A DNA stretch of 64,000 nt from Lingula anatina (Eukaryota; Animalia; Brachiopoda): assembly GCA_051362555.1 (NCBI GenBank), contig CM120643.1, forward strand, positions 16,620,848 to 16,684,847. Direction: 5' to 3'. The notes beneath the pieces are model-generated. The model was not told where the DNA came from, ran no database searches, and saw only the letters and a program-made list of their open reading frames with translations. The translations under genes and the position numbers were made by a program. Positions 24,101 through 36,589 of this stretch are shown here, in pieces (the first letter of the stretch is position 1; every line of letters starts with the position of its first letter).

Positions 24101-26537
24101 AGCAGTGAAAGGATGTTTATCTAGTTGTACCTCTGAAATGAATGCAAGTAATAGGGGCGTTGCCAATCCCAACTGGTCCTTGGACTGCCACATTAAGATA
24201 TATATTTGTGGTATTGGATCAGAAATAAACTATTCAAAGACTTTTTTGTTTGATCACGTCGGTAAAACGTCGGTTTGTTAGGCAGATAGTCATACGTTTG
24301 ACATTGAAATCTGGACGTGATAGGTGTTTTGCTTTTTTCTCTGAGGCCGTGATTTACTTTAGGCTTAAAAACATCTGCTCTCTTTGCGTCAATACTAAAT
24401 TATAAAAACACAATTATTTTGTTTTATCTTTGCACAATGACGTCCGCTGCACAGCTTGATAAGAATCCAAACACTGTTATTTATATTAGTGCTTTTTATA
24501 TTAAAGAAGGCGAAAAAGGAAGTCACAAGTAAATAAAATATGTTAATGTTAAAGCGGGGTTTGAAGTCCATCTACCTGTGTCAATCTATGAAATAATTCT
24601 CTGTGTTTTCGTTTCTTGTTTTATACGGGCTCCATTGTTTTTGTTTTAAACTGTCGTCGTTATTGCCATTACCATTTCGGTTTAATCTGTATCAATATTC
24701 AGAATGAATTTATCTTCACAAGACATGGGAGACGTCCATCAAATATAAGTCACTTCAAAACTTATAAATAATTAATTATGACAAAATACAAACGTCTGAG
24801 ATTTTCAGCCACCCTTCAAAATTTGAATCTTGTGAAAATCATATTTTTTGTATGGAGTGAAAACATGACGTTTCTTTTGGTTCAGAATTTCTAACTGTCT
24901 GAAGCACGAATGCATGACTATGTTCATTTTTTACACTGCCTCTGATAAACTGAGAAATCTTATTCAAGACACCGTCATACGGATAATCTGAACAGTTCAT
25001 TATCGACCTGTTTGTTTGTATCTCCATGTTTCGTTAATTAAGCTGACCTTCGATTATTATTTGCAAAGGGATCGTTCAGATGAATAATCGCACACGATTG
25101 TTTACCATTCGAATTATTTAAAAGATGCTGCTGCAACATATATTTGTTAAACGGAATCCACATTGTCAAACAATGCCAAATTATTCAGCAAAAAAAAAAA
25201 AATGATCGGAAAATGCCCAGTTTGAATCAAAATTTGATTTCGGTTCTATATGGCATTTTACAAATTGGGTCAACTTCAAGAATACAAAGGTCTACCTTTT
25301 TAGAAAAATAACCCTTTTTCTTGTTAACTCACTACAGGCCTGTTCTGAGAAAATGTTCAATTTAATGTTATTTACCTATTTGGTTCTCATATTTAGCGTA
25401 TACAGTGTTTTATATTTTATATGCACGTTACAAAAAGACTCAAAGGGGACAATGGTGTACCTTTATTTAGAAGTGCAAATTCTTGAGAACGTGTATTTAA
25501 AAAGTTTTTTAACAATTGCCATCATCAAGTAAGAAAGCATATAGTTTCTATGCTTTGTTAATTAGAAAATACCAGGATGTACTAATGCGCATCGACCCAT
25601 ACGCCCATGCAAATGTAACAGGTGTTCAACACGGCGAATAAAAAGTGTGTGGCATTATTAATTCGCTTGATTTCAACGTCTTCGAACAGCTATACCGAAT
25701 ACAAACCATATTGTCTAAGGTACTCAAATAACAGGTAAGAAACGTATATTACGTATTCTATATAAGAACACAGTAAAGTGCGATTCCACGATTTCAGCTT
25801 TTAGCGTCTGTTGCATTACTTATCTTCTTTATATTTATGTTATATACTTTATTTTATATTTATACGTTGATAGTTTATTTATTTTTCTAAGAGATATCTG
25901 ATGACGTGGCATTTAATCCACATATATTTTACATAGAACCTAAAGAGAATTTACAAAAAATATGATGTCATTTTGTCAAATTTTCTACCGTATTTGAATG
26001 ACAGGTTTTTTGATAAAGGCGTCGGGGGCAATGAAAGAAAGTACCACTGTGCGAAATTTAATATTGATAATGATGATGATTAATAAATTAATTAAAGGAA
26101 AACCTCCAATGAGTAATGAACAAAGGGTAACTAAAAATATTATTAAGATGAAGAAAATAGAAATTCGCTGCAGTTTCGACCTAATTAAACATGTCCTACC
26201 GAATGGTTACGAAAACAACACGTATTCAGTATGGCAGGCCATAGGACACTGGGCAACTTACAAGTTGACGGTGAGCTCATTTTGTTCTTCATGTTCGGGA
26301 TTGATTTTGCAGTTGTCTGTAAACATAGTGTTATTAGAAAAAAAACAACCACAAACAGCGTCAAAAAGTATATAACGTTACCCAGACCTATGTGGAGGGG
26401 TGATGTGTGTGGGGGTGTGGGTGGAAATGGAGTTCAAAAGACTGAACTTTATTAGCCTAATATCTTGAAAATCCCAAACTAAATTCACGATTTATTTTGA
26501 CCTATATAATTTTCTTCGTTACAGAGAGGAAGGAAGA

Positions 26538-29500
26538 ATGAATACTTTTACTCTCGTCGTCGGGATGTGTGCATTGGTGCTGGTAGCTGGACACCATAGT
26601 AAGTTGTTTTTCCTTTTGACGAAATTAATCCACTGAGTTTGCTCGGCTTGAACTGGTTTCGTCTTATAATGTGAAGAATATTTGCATGTGTATGATATTT
26701 AGGACTATGACGCACTAATACCGTACTTGACAGTTCTTTCTTACACACTGACCATAGCAAGCGGACGATAGCAAACTACAGTAGATAAAATGCACACTGA
26801 TCTTAAGATTTTTATTTTATTAACTTAAGTTTACGAGAGAAGCGGTGGTTATCAACCGGATATCGACGTTATATTATAAAAATATTTTTATTTTGAACTC
26901 CAAAAGAGTTCAAATGAACTTCAGTGCATAAATGCGTCAAGAAACGCATCCACGCACCCAATAATAAACACCATAACATATCTTTTCAAAGCAAACCTCT
27001 GAACAAAAAAAAATCAAAATGCTCCTAGGAATACTCACCATGTTTAATTATATATTTCAGATAAACCACACGAATGTTTCATCCGCGGAGATCCTCATTA
27101 CCTGCAGTTTGACGGATACGACGCCTTGGATTTTCAAGGTATCTGTCAGTTTTCTCCTACTAATATAAAGAATAACTTCCTAAGGGTAGGCCTACAGTAT
27201 ACTGCGACAAATAACGGCACTCTTATACCTATACTTTTAATGTGACTATTTACATGTAAATTTGGAATCCATTTTTTTTCTCAATGCTACTTTTCTCATT
27301 GGGCGGTATACTTTATTAATCAAGTCTGTACCGGCTCATTTTGAGCGACTGACAATTTGATCGATCTCAGTCTTGAAAACATCACATTTTTTAAACGTCT
27401 TCTTATTTTAAAATCTTTTTTGTTTCATAAGTTTCAAAGTTACCAGCACTGGCATATATTTCCTGTGTTTATTTATCTTAAATTTCACGTGCCTTGTTTG
27501 TTGACTCCAGTCATTGACCCAGTACATTGATCGTGAATTAAGGTGCTGGTACCCTCTACCAGGGCCACGCATTGACTTTTCACAGGGTATTCACAGATAT
27601 GTCTTGAGATAAATAGACGGTCATTTTACTACGTCTGGCTTTTTCTATTTCCCTATAATATCTGCCACTCTGGTAGAGGGTATAGGGTGCTGGTAGGCCT
27701 ATATGTGTAACACATGGGGTGCATTCACAGCCAAAGTTGATCCTCGGACTAACAGATCTACGAATCAAATATGGCCGCCACTTGAAAGCTTATCGGGTTA
27801 TCGTCGCAGGGAATCTATTCAGTGTCTATCAGTGGATTGTGAAACAAGCTTTCAAGTGGGTCGGCCATATTTGATCCGCGGATCTGTTAGTCCCCAGATC
27901 AATTTGTTCGGAATGCTCCCTTAGCCTCCTATCCTAGAGCCTCAACTTGTTTAAAAGAATGCTTTAAATTTTCCACTAAACAGGCAGGTGTACCTACATC
28001 GTGTCGGAAACATCCAATTTTAATATGAATAACCCTCCAACTGACAGCTTCAGAGTGTTGGTCTCCAACAGTCTGTTGCCAAACCATGACGATTTGACCT
28101 TCAGCACGGCGGTGTGGGTAATAGTGCATGGACACACTGTCCGCCTGGACATGGAAAGGGATGTCATTTTGGTAGGTGCAAAAGCAAATATATTTTACAG
28201 AAATTGATAGAATTATATTCAAGGATTCAGCGAGGATTGATGACATCGAGAGACGTTGTGGTCATATTTATACTTTTGTAACAGACCGATAGCTCGGGTA
28301 GATGTTTCTTTATTGTTGTTGTACAAATATCTACAAATATCTCCAAATATCTCCAAATATCTGCAAATATCTGCAAGAGCAATATAAACAAATTAATTTT
28401 AAACAATTACATATACAAAATTTACACTGACGAAAGACAAAGACAGAACAAAGAAATAAAAATATAGCAATGCCAAAAACACCATAAAAAATAAATAGGC
28501 CTATATCAATTTAGAAATGTATGAATTTAAACTATGGATTGGTCCTTTATTAAATATAGTTGAACTTACCTGCAAGCTCACTGGAATACCTATTTCAGTT
28601 ATTCAACCTGCATCTCCGTCCGACTCTCAGGTGGAAATCAAATTTTATGGGGCGCGATCTTTCAACCCTTGACCTCCACGTACACATACGAACATACACG
28701 ATACACACTGAACACAATCATAGCTAACACAACAAACACAGCAAACCTTACATTCTCCCCTCCCCCCGAAATGGGTTCCACACCATTTAAAACAACAACA
28801 ACAACATCAATCTTTGATTTATATTTATTATGCCATATATTTTTATTTACAATATCCAATCTTTGTTAGTCGTCCATTTCGGCCTGTTCCTACTTCTTGT
28901 GGGTCGTACTTCTGAAAGTTCTTCATTCTGTTTTTCTTCATATTCCTGTTTCATTTCATAGATGGGAAGTAACATGTTTCGATGTAGTGTCTTTGATTTT
29001 CCTGCACCATCTTCTCTTTTCACTACATACACTGGGATACCATCATTCGGCTGATCTACTACCACAAACACTTCACTCTGCCATCTATCAGCAATCTTGT
29101 GTTTACCATCGAATGCGACATTCCGAACCAAACCAAGGTGATATAAAACATCAGACGCAGGACCTTTGAGTGACCTTCTGATCGCATGTAATAAAACGGC
29201 ATCGGAATAAATACCGTCACGTCGAAGACCTTTGACTTCAAACAACCACTGCTTAAATGGAATAACAGATAGAATTTAAAAAAGTCTTTCAATTCAGAGT
29301 CTGTAATTTGTTCAGGCAGTCCAGTAATGACAATGTTTCTTGACCTTAATAAAGACGATGGGTAGGCCATTCTCAAAAACGTTTATGCCAGATGCTAGCT
29401 AATATATATACATCACATTCATTCATGAATAATAACAACACAATAGTAAAAAAATGTTTATTTATTCATTGTCAAGTACATATCAATAGCATCAATGCAC

Positions 29501-32500
29501 AGTCATGATTTTACACCATCATATCAATATCATCACAACATATTCATAATCAGTTGAAGACACATTCAAAACTCACACATCGGGAGAAATGTAGGCCCCC
29601 TTTCCCCCAGGCAAGAAAAAAATCCCTAAATAAATATCACTTACCTGAGAGAATCTGCTGGATATATAGGACCATAAGACTCCGTGTCTTTATATAGTCC
29701 TAGTTCACTAATTAGAACCAATCCAATAGTCTGAGATATCGCCAACTATGATCTAAAATTGGTGTTTTTAGAACTGTCTGAAAAAAAAAAAGAAAATTAG
29801 TCGAACTACTGTAAAGAATCAAATTGATAAGAAAAAATAAATAAATTATTTGGTATTCATTACTTTAAAGAACTCCTACTAAGCCTGGTAATCAACAAAC
29901 CAACGTGTTAGATGAAAATAAAAATTCTACCAACGTTCTGTTTGTATTATACCTAGCCTCAAATATACAAATTACTGATGAAAAAAATATGTACAGGTAT
30001 TAAATTAGTTAATCAAAAGTCTTTATATGAACAAATCCAATAGTCAATGTGAATAGTAGTCCAATTTTATGCAACAGTGCAATCAGAAAAGTTCAATATC
30101 AATGTCTGAATATCGGCAAAAAAAATATTAAAGTCCACAGTCAAATGAAATATATACAGCCTAGGCAAAATATGTACACTGCAGTCAATGTAAAGTTCGA
30201 CAATTACGCCAAACCAAGCAACCAAATCCTCGACTGTCAACTCGTAGCTGTCCACGTAGACCTATGCGAATCGGGCACAGTCACAAACGCACAGCATTAG
30301 ATCGACGACAACTCGTCCATGGCCATCACCACATCATCTGAATATACTGATCGGTGTTTTACCGGACAGCAAGAAAAACAATCCCTCTTCACTGGACCGT
30401 GTTCTACGGGGCAGCGGGGATCCTTGGCGGAGAGAAAGAAAGTATCCCTCTTCTCTGGACCGTGTTCTACGGGGCAGCGGGAATCCTTAGCGGAGAGAAA
30501 GAAAGTATCCCTCTTCTCTGGACCGTATTATACAGGGCAGTGGGGACCCTTGGAGGACGGACGAAAATATCTCTCTTAACAGGCCGTGACTCTTGCAGAT
30601 ATCGATTTGTAGTCAAGTCCCTGCTCGGGCGCCAAATGTAACAGACCGATAGCTCGGGTTGATGTTTCTTTATTGTTATTGTACAAATATCTGCAAATAT
30701 CTCCAAATATCTGCAAGATCACTGGAATACCTATTTCAGTTATTCAACCTGCATCTCCTTCCGACTCTCAGGTGGAAATCAAATTTTATGGGGCGCGATC
30801 TTTCAACCCTTGATCTCCACGTACACATACGAACATACACGATACACACTGAACACAATCATAGCTAATACAACAAACACAGCAAACCTTACACTTTTAA
30901 AATAGACAAATAGTAAAGCAATGATATAGGTTGCTTTGAGCCATTGTAGATATCCATACATTTATATTGTACATTTTATCGTTTGGTAAGCGCAGTTTAG
31001 CTTTGTATATATAAAAAAACGAATATAATATAATCATCATTGGTTGTTGATATTTTTCAATGGACAGCCCTTCAAGGGTAGCCTAAGTATAAAATCATTT
31101 TACTTTATTCAGCTCGACGACGAAATCGCAAACATCCCCCATACAGAGAGCAACTTCAATGTGACCCATCATCACCCAGGCTATGTGCGATTGCTGACAA
31201 GTTTTGGGCTGGAGGTCGAACTTCAGAAATTGACCAACGCCAACAGGAAACACAAGGTAAATTGGCTTTTGCTTATAGATGCAGAGTCGGCCCAAGTTTA
31301 TTTTTAAAGTATTAATTCATAAATTCTCATAACGTACGCTCTTTTCTTTTTTATCATTGGTTTGAATGTGTTTTGAATCTGGTTGAAATAACTGCCTGTT
31401 CTTGAAACTCTGCAGGTACAATCAACGAAAATGAGAATACAGCGTGTGGCTTTATGTATTAAGTGAAATATTTCTGTAAAATTCGAAGTGATACACAAGC
31501 CGTCACAGTTGACAGCAAGGCTGAATAAGGGTTCGTCGGTCCATGGGCGAAGTCTGAGACTCTTAAATTTTAGTTTTTAAGCAAAGTTGTTTCTTAAATC
31601 GCAATTACCTCAACCATTCTTTCAATCTAGGTACAAAGTGCATCAAAGATTCATGCTTCCTCTGGCACATGTCACGAGCAAGTATTTTATTGATAAGATA
31701 TTCGTTGGTTCCCTTTTTTTTCAACAGACTAAGGTCAGTGGTCGTAACATCAGAGGTTTGTAACTAACATCTTGCAACCAATGCACCAACTTACGTGACT
31801 AATCAGACTTGCGTGAAAAGTTTAAAAAATGCGAGTTAAAAACCATTGATCCAATGTGGCTTCAGCACAATACATGGTCATCAAGAACTGTTTGCTGTTT
31901 ACTGTTTACTGTTTGCTTTCTTTATATCAATCTGGGCCCGTATCTCGAAAGCATCGCGCATTGCGACCTAGCGCAAGCGTCTCGATTCCATAACTCGCCC
32001 ATACTCGCCCCATATAATACATTGTAGCCTCTGTGTGATATCTCTATTCGCAATACGCGATGCTTTCGAGTAACGGGGCCCTGTTCTGCGTCTCTTCCAG
32101 GTGTGGGTGCGAGTACCCGCTTCATACAATGGCCAACTCCGCGGCATATGCGGGAATATGGACGGAAATGACGACGACGACGATTTCTTAACACCGGAAG
32201 GCACCGTGGAAAACGATGTCACCGTTTTCGGAAACAGTTGGAAACAGAGCTTGGGGCTCGTCGAACCCATTGAGTGAGTTAATTTAATCCTTAATGAAAT
32301 CCTTGGTGAACGAAAAAAAAAATTGTACCGCGCACTGTGGATTGAACGTCAAGCTCTTTCACAGTCATGGCCGTGTGAAAGAAATGGCAGTCCTAGTATA
32401 GGAATGGAAGTCCGGGGTACCACATATGATCAAGACATGTAAGGGTCGTTGGGGTTAGTACATGGGATGAATTTCACCTTTACAAAGTAATGGGGAACGG

Positions 32501-32769
32501 ACTACGGTTCCTAGCTGACTACCATTCCTGTCACACCGGGTTTGATGTGGAGGGAGGGAGTTGTTTACAATTTTTGGATTACAAAGGCAGCCTAATGTTT
32601 TCTTAAAGTGAACGAAACATGTACGAGACTATTTTAAGGGGAAAGGAGGGGTTGACTAATTAAATAAACAGTCGGGAAAGGGTTAGGATTTTGCATTCAT
32701 TAGGTCTATGATCGATATATGGCTCTAACTGATTTTAGCAAACAACACACTTTTTTCAGGTGCAGATAA
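26538..32769 (+). CDS. Secreted stand-alone von Willebrand factor type D (VWD) domain protein, 217 aa; coding exons 26538-26598, 27061-27138, 27984-28171, 31113-31256, 32101-32273, 32760-32769; probable non-coding exon ending at 25734
   Basis: Signal peptide MNTFTLVVGMCALVLVAG. VWD motifs ECFIRGDPHYLQFDG...FQGRCTYIV, LLTSFGLEV, VRVPASYNGQLRGICGNMDGNDDDDDF...FGNSWK. All introns are GT-AG and in phase. AATAAA near 32816 and 33006. Confidence 0.88.
27550..27682. mobile_element. MITE with TACCCTCTACCAG terminal inverted repeats; second copy at ~38640-38755
   Basis: TACCCTCTACCAG ... CTGGTAGAGGGTA. The HEATR3-intron copy begins TACCCTCTACCAGGGCAGCAGATATTATAG. Confidence 0.7.
27733..27905. mobile_element. 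Palindromic MITE with ~58-bp arms
   Basis: GGACTAACAGATC...ATGGCCG..CCACTTGAAAGCTT and AAGCTTTCAAGTGG..CGGCCAT...GATCTGTTAGTCC are reverse complements. Confidence 0.8.
28847..29370 (-). pseudogene. Gag (PNMA-like) and integrase C-terminal remnants of the LTR element
   Basis: MAYPSSLLRSRNIVITGLPEQITDSELKDFF resembles a Gag N-terminus. In another frame, IPFKQWLFEVKGL...AIRRSLKGPASDVLYHLG (PNMA-like capsid) runs directly into LVRNVAFDGKHKIADRW...QPNDGIPVYVV...KTLHRNMLLP (Gypsy integrase C-terminus). Confidence 0.82.
30381..30560. repeat. 63-bp tandem repeat (about 3 copies) in the LTR element leader
   Basis: ATCCCTCTTC.CTGGACCGT... units start at 30381, 30444 and 30507. Confidence 0.9.
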
Positions 32770-34218
32770 ATTTAAAACGCGTCACTTTCGAAATGAGAGG
32801 CGGTTGTGCTGAAAAAATAAATAGAGCCTTGCTTCAAGATCTTCTCCAATCCGTATATCCTTGGATCTAATCCGTCACGAAATACACGGACCCTTTGCAG
32901 CACGGACATGCAAGGAACCACTCATACCAGGCATACACGGACCTACAGTGATCCTTATAACATTGAGCTAGCCTAATTGTCTTTTGGGGAGATTTTTTTT
33001 GCATAATAAAAAGTGTTGTGGATACATGTATTTTTTTAAAAATGACTTTTCAAAACCAAAAGCTTCATATTATTTTTCTGTATTTACTTGGCAGATTTAA
33101 GTGATATTTATTAAATCATCAGCATTAACCGCCAGTATTTCGATATTGGCTGTGGATTGGGGAAAAAATCACTTTACTCTTATAACATTACGCAGCTGAT
33201 GAAATTCTTGTCTAAGTTATTTGTTGGATATTGTTACGTGTACATGGACATGTACTTGTGCATCGCCTAGAGTTCGTATTCTACCTTAATTTTGGATGGA
33301 CTAATGTTGTTGTAGAGAAAATGACACTTTTTAAATACAGTTTCTTCGTGAAACACTTTCTTGTTTTCATTGCTGAGAATTCTCTTATTCTTGTTTTCAT
33401 TACTGAGAATTCTCTTATTCTGCGTACCAATAAAATCTTTGATGCAAGCTCTCATCTGATTTAAGCGTCACTTTTATGTTTTGAGGCGCTCTCGATCGAT
33501 CGTTACTTGTATATTCGTACAGGCAAACCGATTAATAAAGAATTTATTGGAATTAGAGGGTACATTGTCTGCAATATTGTACAACTACGATTAAGAGACA
33601 GGTTATCTAATAAACAGGGCACCGCTGTGAGGTCGCGTGGTGGGGAGGGTGACTGAAATAGACCCTATAGACCGTCGTGTTACCATCTGGCTGCCAGAGA
33701 GCTCGAGATATCTGAACGGAGGTTCTCCTGTAGACCAGAGGCATAAAATTGGGAAGGCAGAGACAGAAAATTGAGAATAAGTAAACCCCTACGTGTCCAT
33801 AAATTCTGACAACGCTTAACCTGCTTTAATCTGAGGCCGGTATAAATGCCGAGTGATTGGTTGATGCCCATGCCAGAGTTCCGGTATAACATCTGACTCG
33901 ACGTGTGAAAATCTGCCAGATTATATAACTCTTTGTGCTTCAACCAGAATATATAACGGCGATTGTCAAAAAATCTTCCGACGGTAAACTCGGAAACATA
34001 GTTTGCCCTGTTCTTGCTAAATGTTGCAGTCAAATTCCTAATTGCCGTGAAACTTTTTCTACGAGTTTGATATCCATCGATACATACCTTACCTATGTTT
34101 TTAATTAGTGTTAACTGCCTCAAACTTCTGGTGAGCCAACACCTATAAAAACGGCAAACAACATAGACAACGCATTCACAGACAACAAACAACGTAAACA
34201 ACAACAATAACAACAATC

Positions 34219-35144
34219 TAGGGGAGGCAGGGGCTAGTTGGACCCCGGAGTAAGTTGGCCCCCCGTCAATTTATAAAAAAGTAACTACGAGGTAAAACTA
34301 GAAAAGCACCCCGAGAGCGCAGACCTCCGCCAATGCAGCAAAGTCTTCATCCAATGCCGTTTCACCCCTAAATTTTCGATATTTTTGATTATTGATTATT
34401 GATTGATAATTGATCCGGATCACCACCAAAAACTAATCAACTGTTCCTTGGACCACTTCTTAGAGTTCCTGGAAATTTCATCAAAATCGGTCCATAATTT
34501 TTTGTGTTATGTTGATGACAGACGGACAAACAGACAAACAAACAGGGGTGAAAACATAACCTCCTTGGCGGAGGCAATTACCAGTTTAAAACTGAATTTG
34601 TTAGTTTCTTTTAAAACGAAAATTTATTATTCGTTTTCATTCATTAAAAACCTGCTTTATACCATTATAAATTTATTCTTATTTAAAACAAAACAAATTT
34701 TATTGGTAGATATTTTGGTTTTTGCAAAACATACAACGTGACGTACGGAAGCCTCAATAAATCTGCCTCATTTGAACTATTTATTCATCAAAGACTCTCA
34801 AAAATCAATTTAATAAATTAAAAATGTATAAAAATGTATTTCAGGGCGTTTACATGGGATACTTACTTCATTTTCGTATAGGTACGAAACTGAAACTTGC
34901 CCCGACCCTGGGGCCAACTTGCCCCGTGGCGGGGCACATTGCCCCTCCTCCCCCCCCCCTCTCCCCCCCGACGTCAACTGCGTTGTGAGCCATCTGGAAT
35001 TATGTTTGAAAAATAATGACGTTGCATACGTAGCTTAGTTCATGGGGCTTACTTTGAAACCGGTTTTGTTACTCTAACTCATTCCTAGTTGGCTCTACAA
35101 GGCCAAAAGTGTCTAACTGGGCCAACTAGCCCCGGTCTCCCCTA
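34219..35144. mobile_element. Non-autonomous TIR DNA transposon with TA ends, carrying a nested Helentron-like insertion
   Basis: TAGGGGAGGCAGGGGCTAGTTGG versus CCAACTAGCCCCGGTCTCCCCTA, plus subterminal AAGTTGGCCCC/GGGCCAACTT repeats. Confidence 0.8.
34296..34578 (-). mobile_element. Helentron/HINE-like element
   Basis: AACTAGAAAAGCAC...AGACCTCCGCCAA at one end, an (ACAG/ACAA)n tract, and the hairpin ACCTCCTTGGCGGAGG at the other end. Confidence 0.65.
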
Positions 35145-35267
35145 CACGCAATATGGTAACGTATGTATCGGTAACGTAGGCGGATTTTGATGAAACTTTC
35201 GAAAACTACTTGGAGGCAACCAAGTAAAAAATGAACAGATTGCGTGGTGATCTATAAATTCATATAT

Positions 35268-35549
35268 TACCGCCGCGAAAATTTGTCTCATTTAACGTTC
35301 ACTTACGGTTCTCAATCTATTCTAGAACATTTGTATTTTTCTTTTTAATTTTTAATTTTTTTTTTTTTGTTCTAATGTTGTTCTGTAATGAATGTAACAG
35401 TTAGAGAACTGTTTTTGGAAAGTCCTTTAGAATGTCCTAGAACAGATTAAGAACATTTTTCATTAAAAGAGAAAAACATTACGTTCTAGGACAGACTGAG
35501 AACCATAGGCCTAAGTGAGCGTTAAATGAGACAAATTTTCGGAGGGGTA
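35268..35549. mobile_element. MITE with ~60-bp TIRs and TA ends
   Basis: TACC...GAAAATTTGTCTCATTTAACG.TCACTTA versus TAAGTGAGCGTTAAATGAGACAAATTTTC...GGTA. Confidence 0.8.
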
Positions 35550-36589
35550 GTTCACGAATGACTTAAGTCTCCTCCTTTGTTACCAACATTATGAATTTAA
35601 AAAGTGGGGGGATTTTGATAAAATTTTCAGGATAGGTCAAAATGGGCTAGATTTTGGTTGTGATTAATTAAACAATTAATTTTAATTAGAATTAAGTCAA
35701 TTAATCGGTTAATAAAAATGATAAAAATTGATCGAGCTGCCTAGGAGGAGCGGGAGAAGGGCAGCGCTCTTTTCTATTATTTGGAATAAAATTTGTTTTA
35801 GATACTAAACCGATTTTGTATCATTTTATGTTATGGTGGACTAGTGTTGTATGGATAGATCTACATGTAGACCTTCCGGCCTTCCTTGTTTAGTAAGTTT
35901 GAAGCAAGAAGATCTGCATATAAAAGAAATAGGAGTTTATTTTTCAATTTTGGATCATTTGAAAATTTTAAAATAAAATTTAGAAATAAATTTGTTCATT
36001 TACCTTTAATTTGATGTGTTATTTTTCATATCAGGGTGAAATTTTACTGCCTGGGGCCAATTTTACATGCCCTCCCCCCTGCTGCATTTTAGTGCTTATT
36101 TTGGACGACTGGCGGCAGCACCTTACGGGTCATGTCATGTCACTGGAAGGCTATGCCATTAATGTACCCTGATTTTTTTTATATTGTTTAGGCTTTGAGT
36201 AGAAGTATTTAAATCTGAAGTGTTGTGTTTGTTGAAGCATGGAAAGTATTTTTAAGAGAATTAAACGTTATAATGGAAGTGAATGGGATTTGTATTAATA
36301 GCATTGCTAAATGGGAAACTGTGTTTGGACAGTTAATGGACATCGTAACCAACAATATACGAGTTGCAATGGATGTTTAAATAAATAATTATCTGAAGTA
36401 AATAGTAGCCACAATAATCTTTGCTGAAAAGTAGGATGGAAATTCCATCGATCAATTAATGCGAAACTTTATATACAATACCATATACAGCTCTGTATTC
36501 GTGGTCACTTCCGGTGGCCACATGCTTTCGGGGTTGAGCTTTGTAAATAATAATTGAAAGTCGCGCTTGTTTATGTTAGGTTATGAGTT

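Larger units (their letters stand above)
28277..30893 (-). mobile_element. Non-autonomous, internally deleted Ty3/Gypsy LTR retrotransposon, antisense within a VWD-gene intron; 5' LTR 30637-30893, 3' LTR 28277-28752
   Basis: Near-identical direct repeats with TGTAA...TTACA ends and a 4-bp TSD CTTT on both flanks. PBS TGGCGCCCGAGCAGGGAC (tRNA-Lys type) at 30617-30634 on the - strand. Polypurine tract GGGGGGAGGGGAGAA next to the 3' LTR. Gag and integrase remnants inside. Confidence 0.95.

Noticed and set aside
30617-30634. tRNA-Lys gene fragment or retrovirus-like sequence
   Set aside because: Only the 18-nt primer-binding site of the Gypsy element; no tRNA body and no env gene.
33680-34216. 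178-aa minus-strand ORF
   Set aside because: Non-ATG start in a (TTG)n tract and no recognisable domain; only two short exon-like pieces are plausible.
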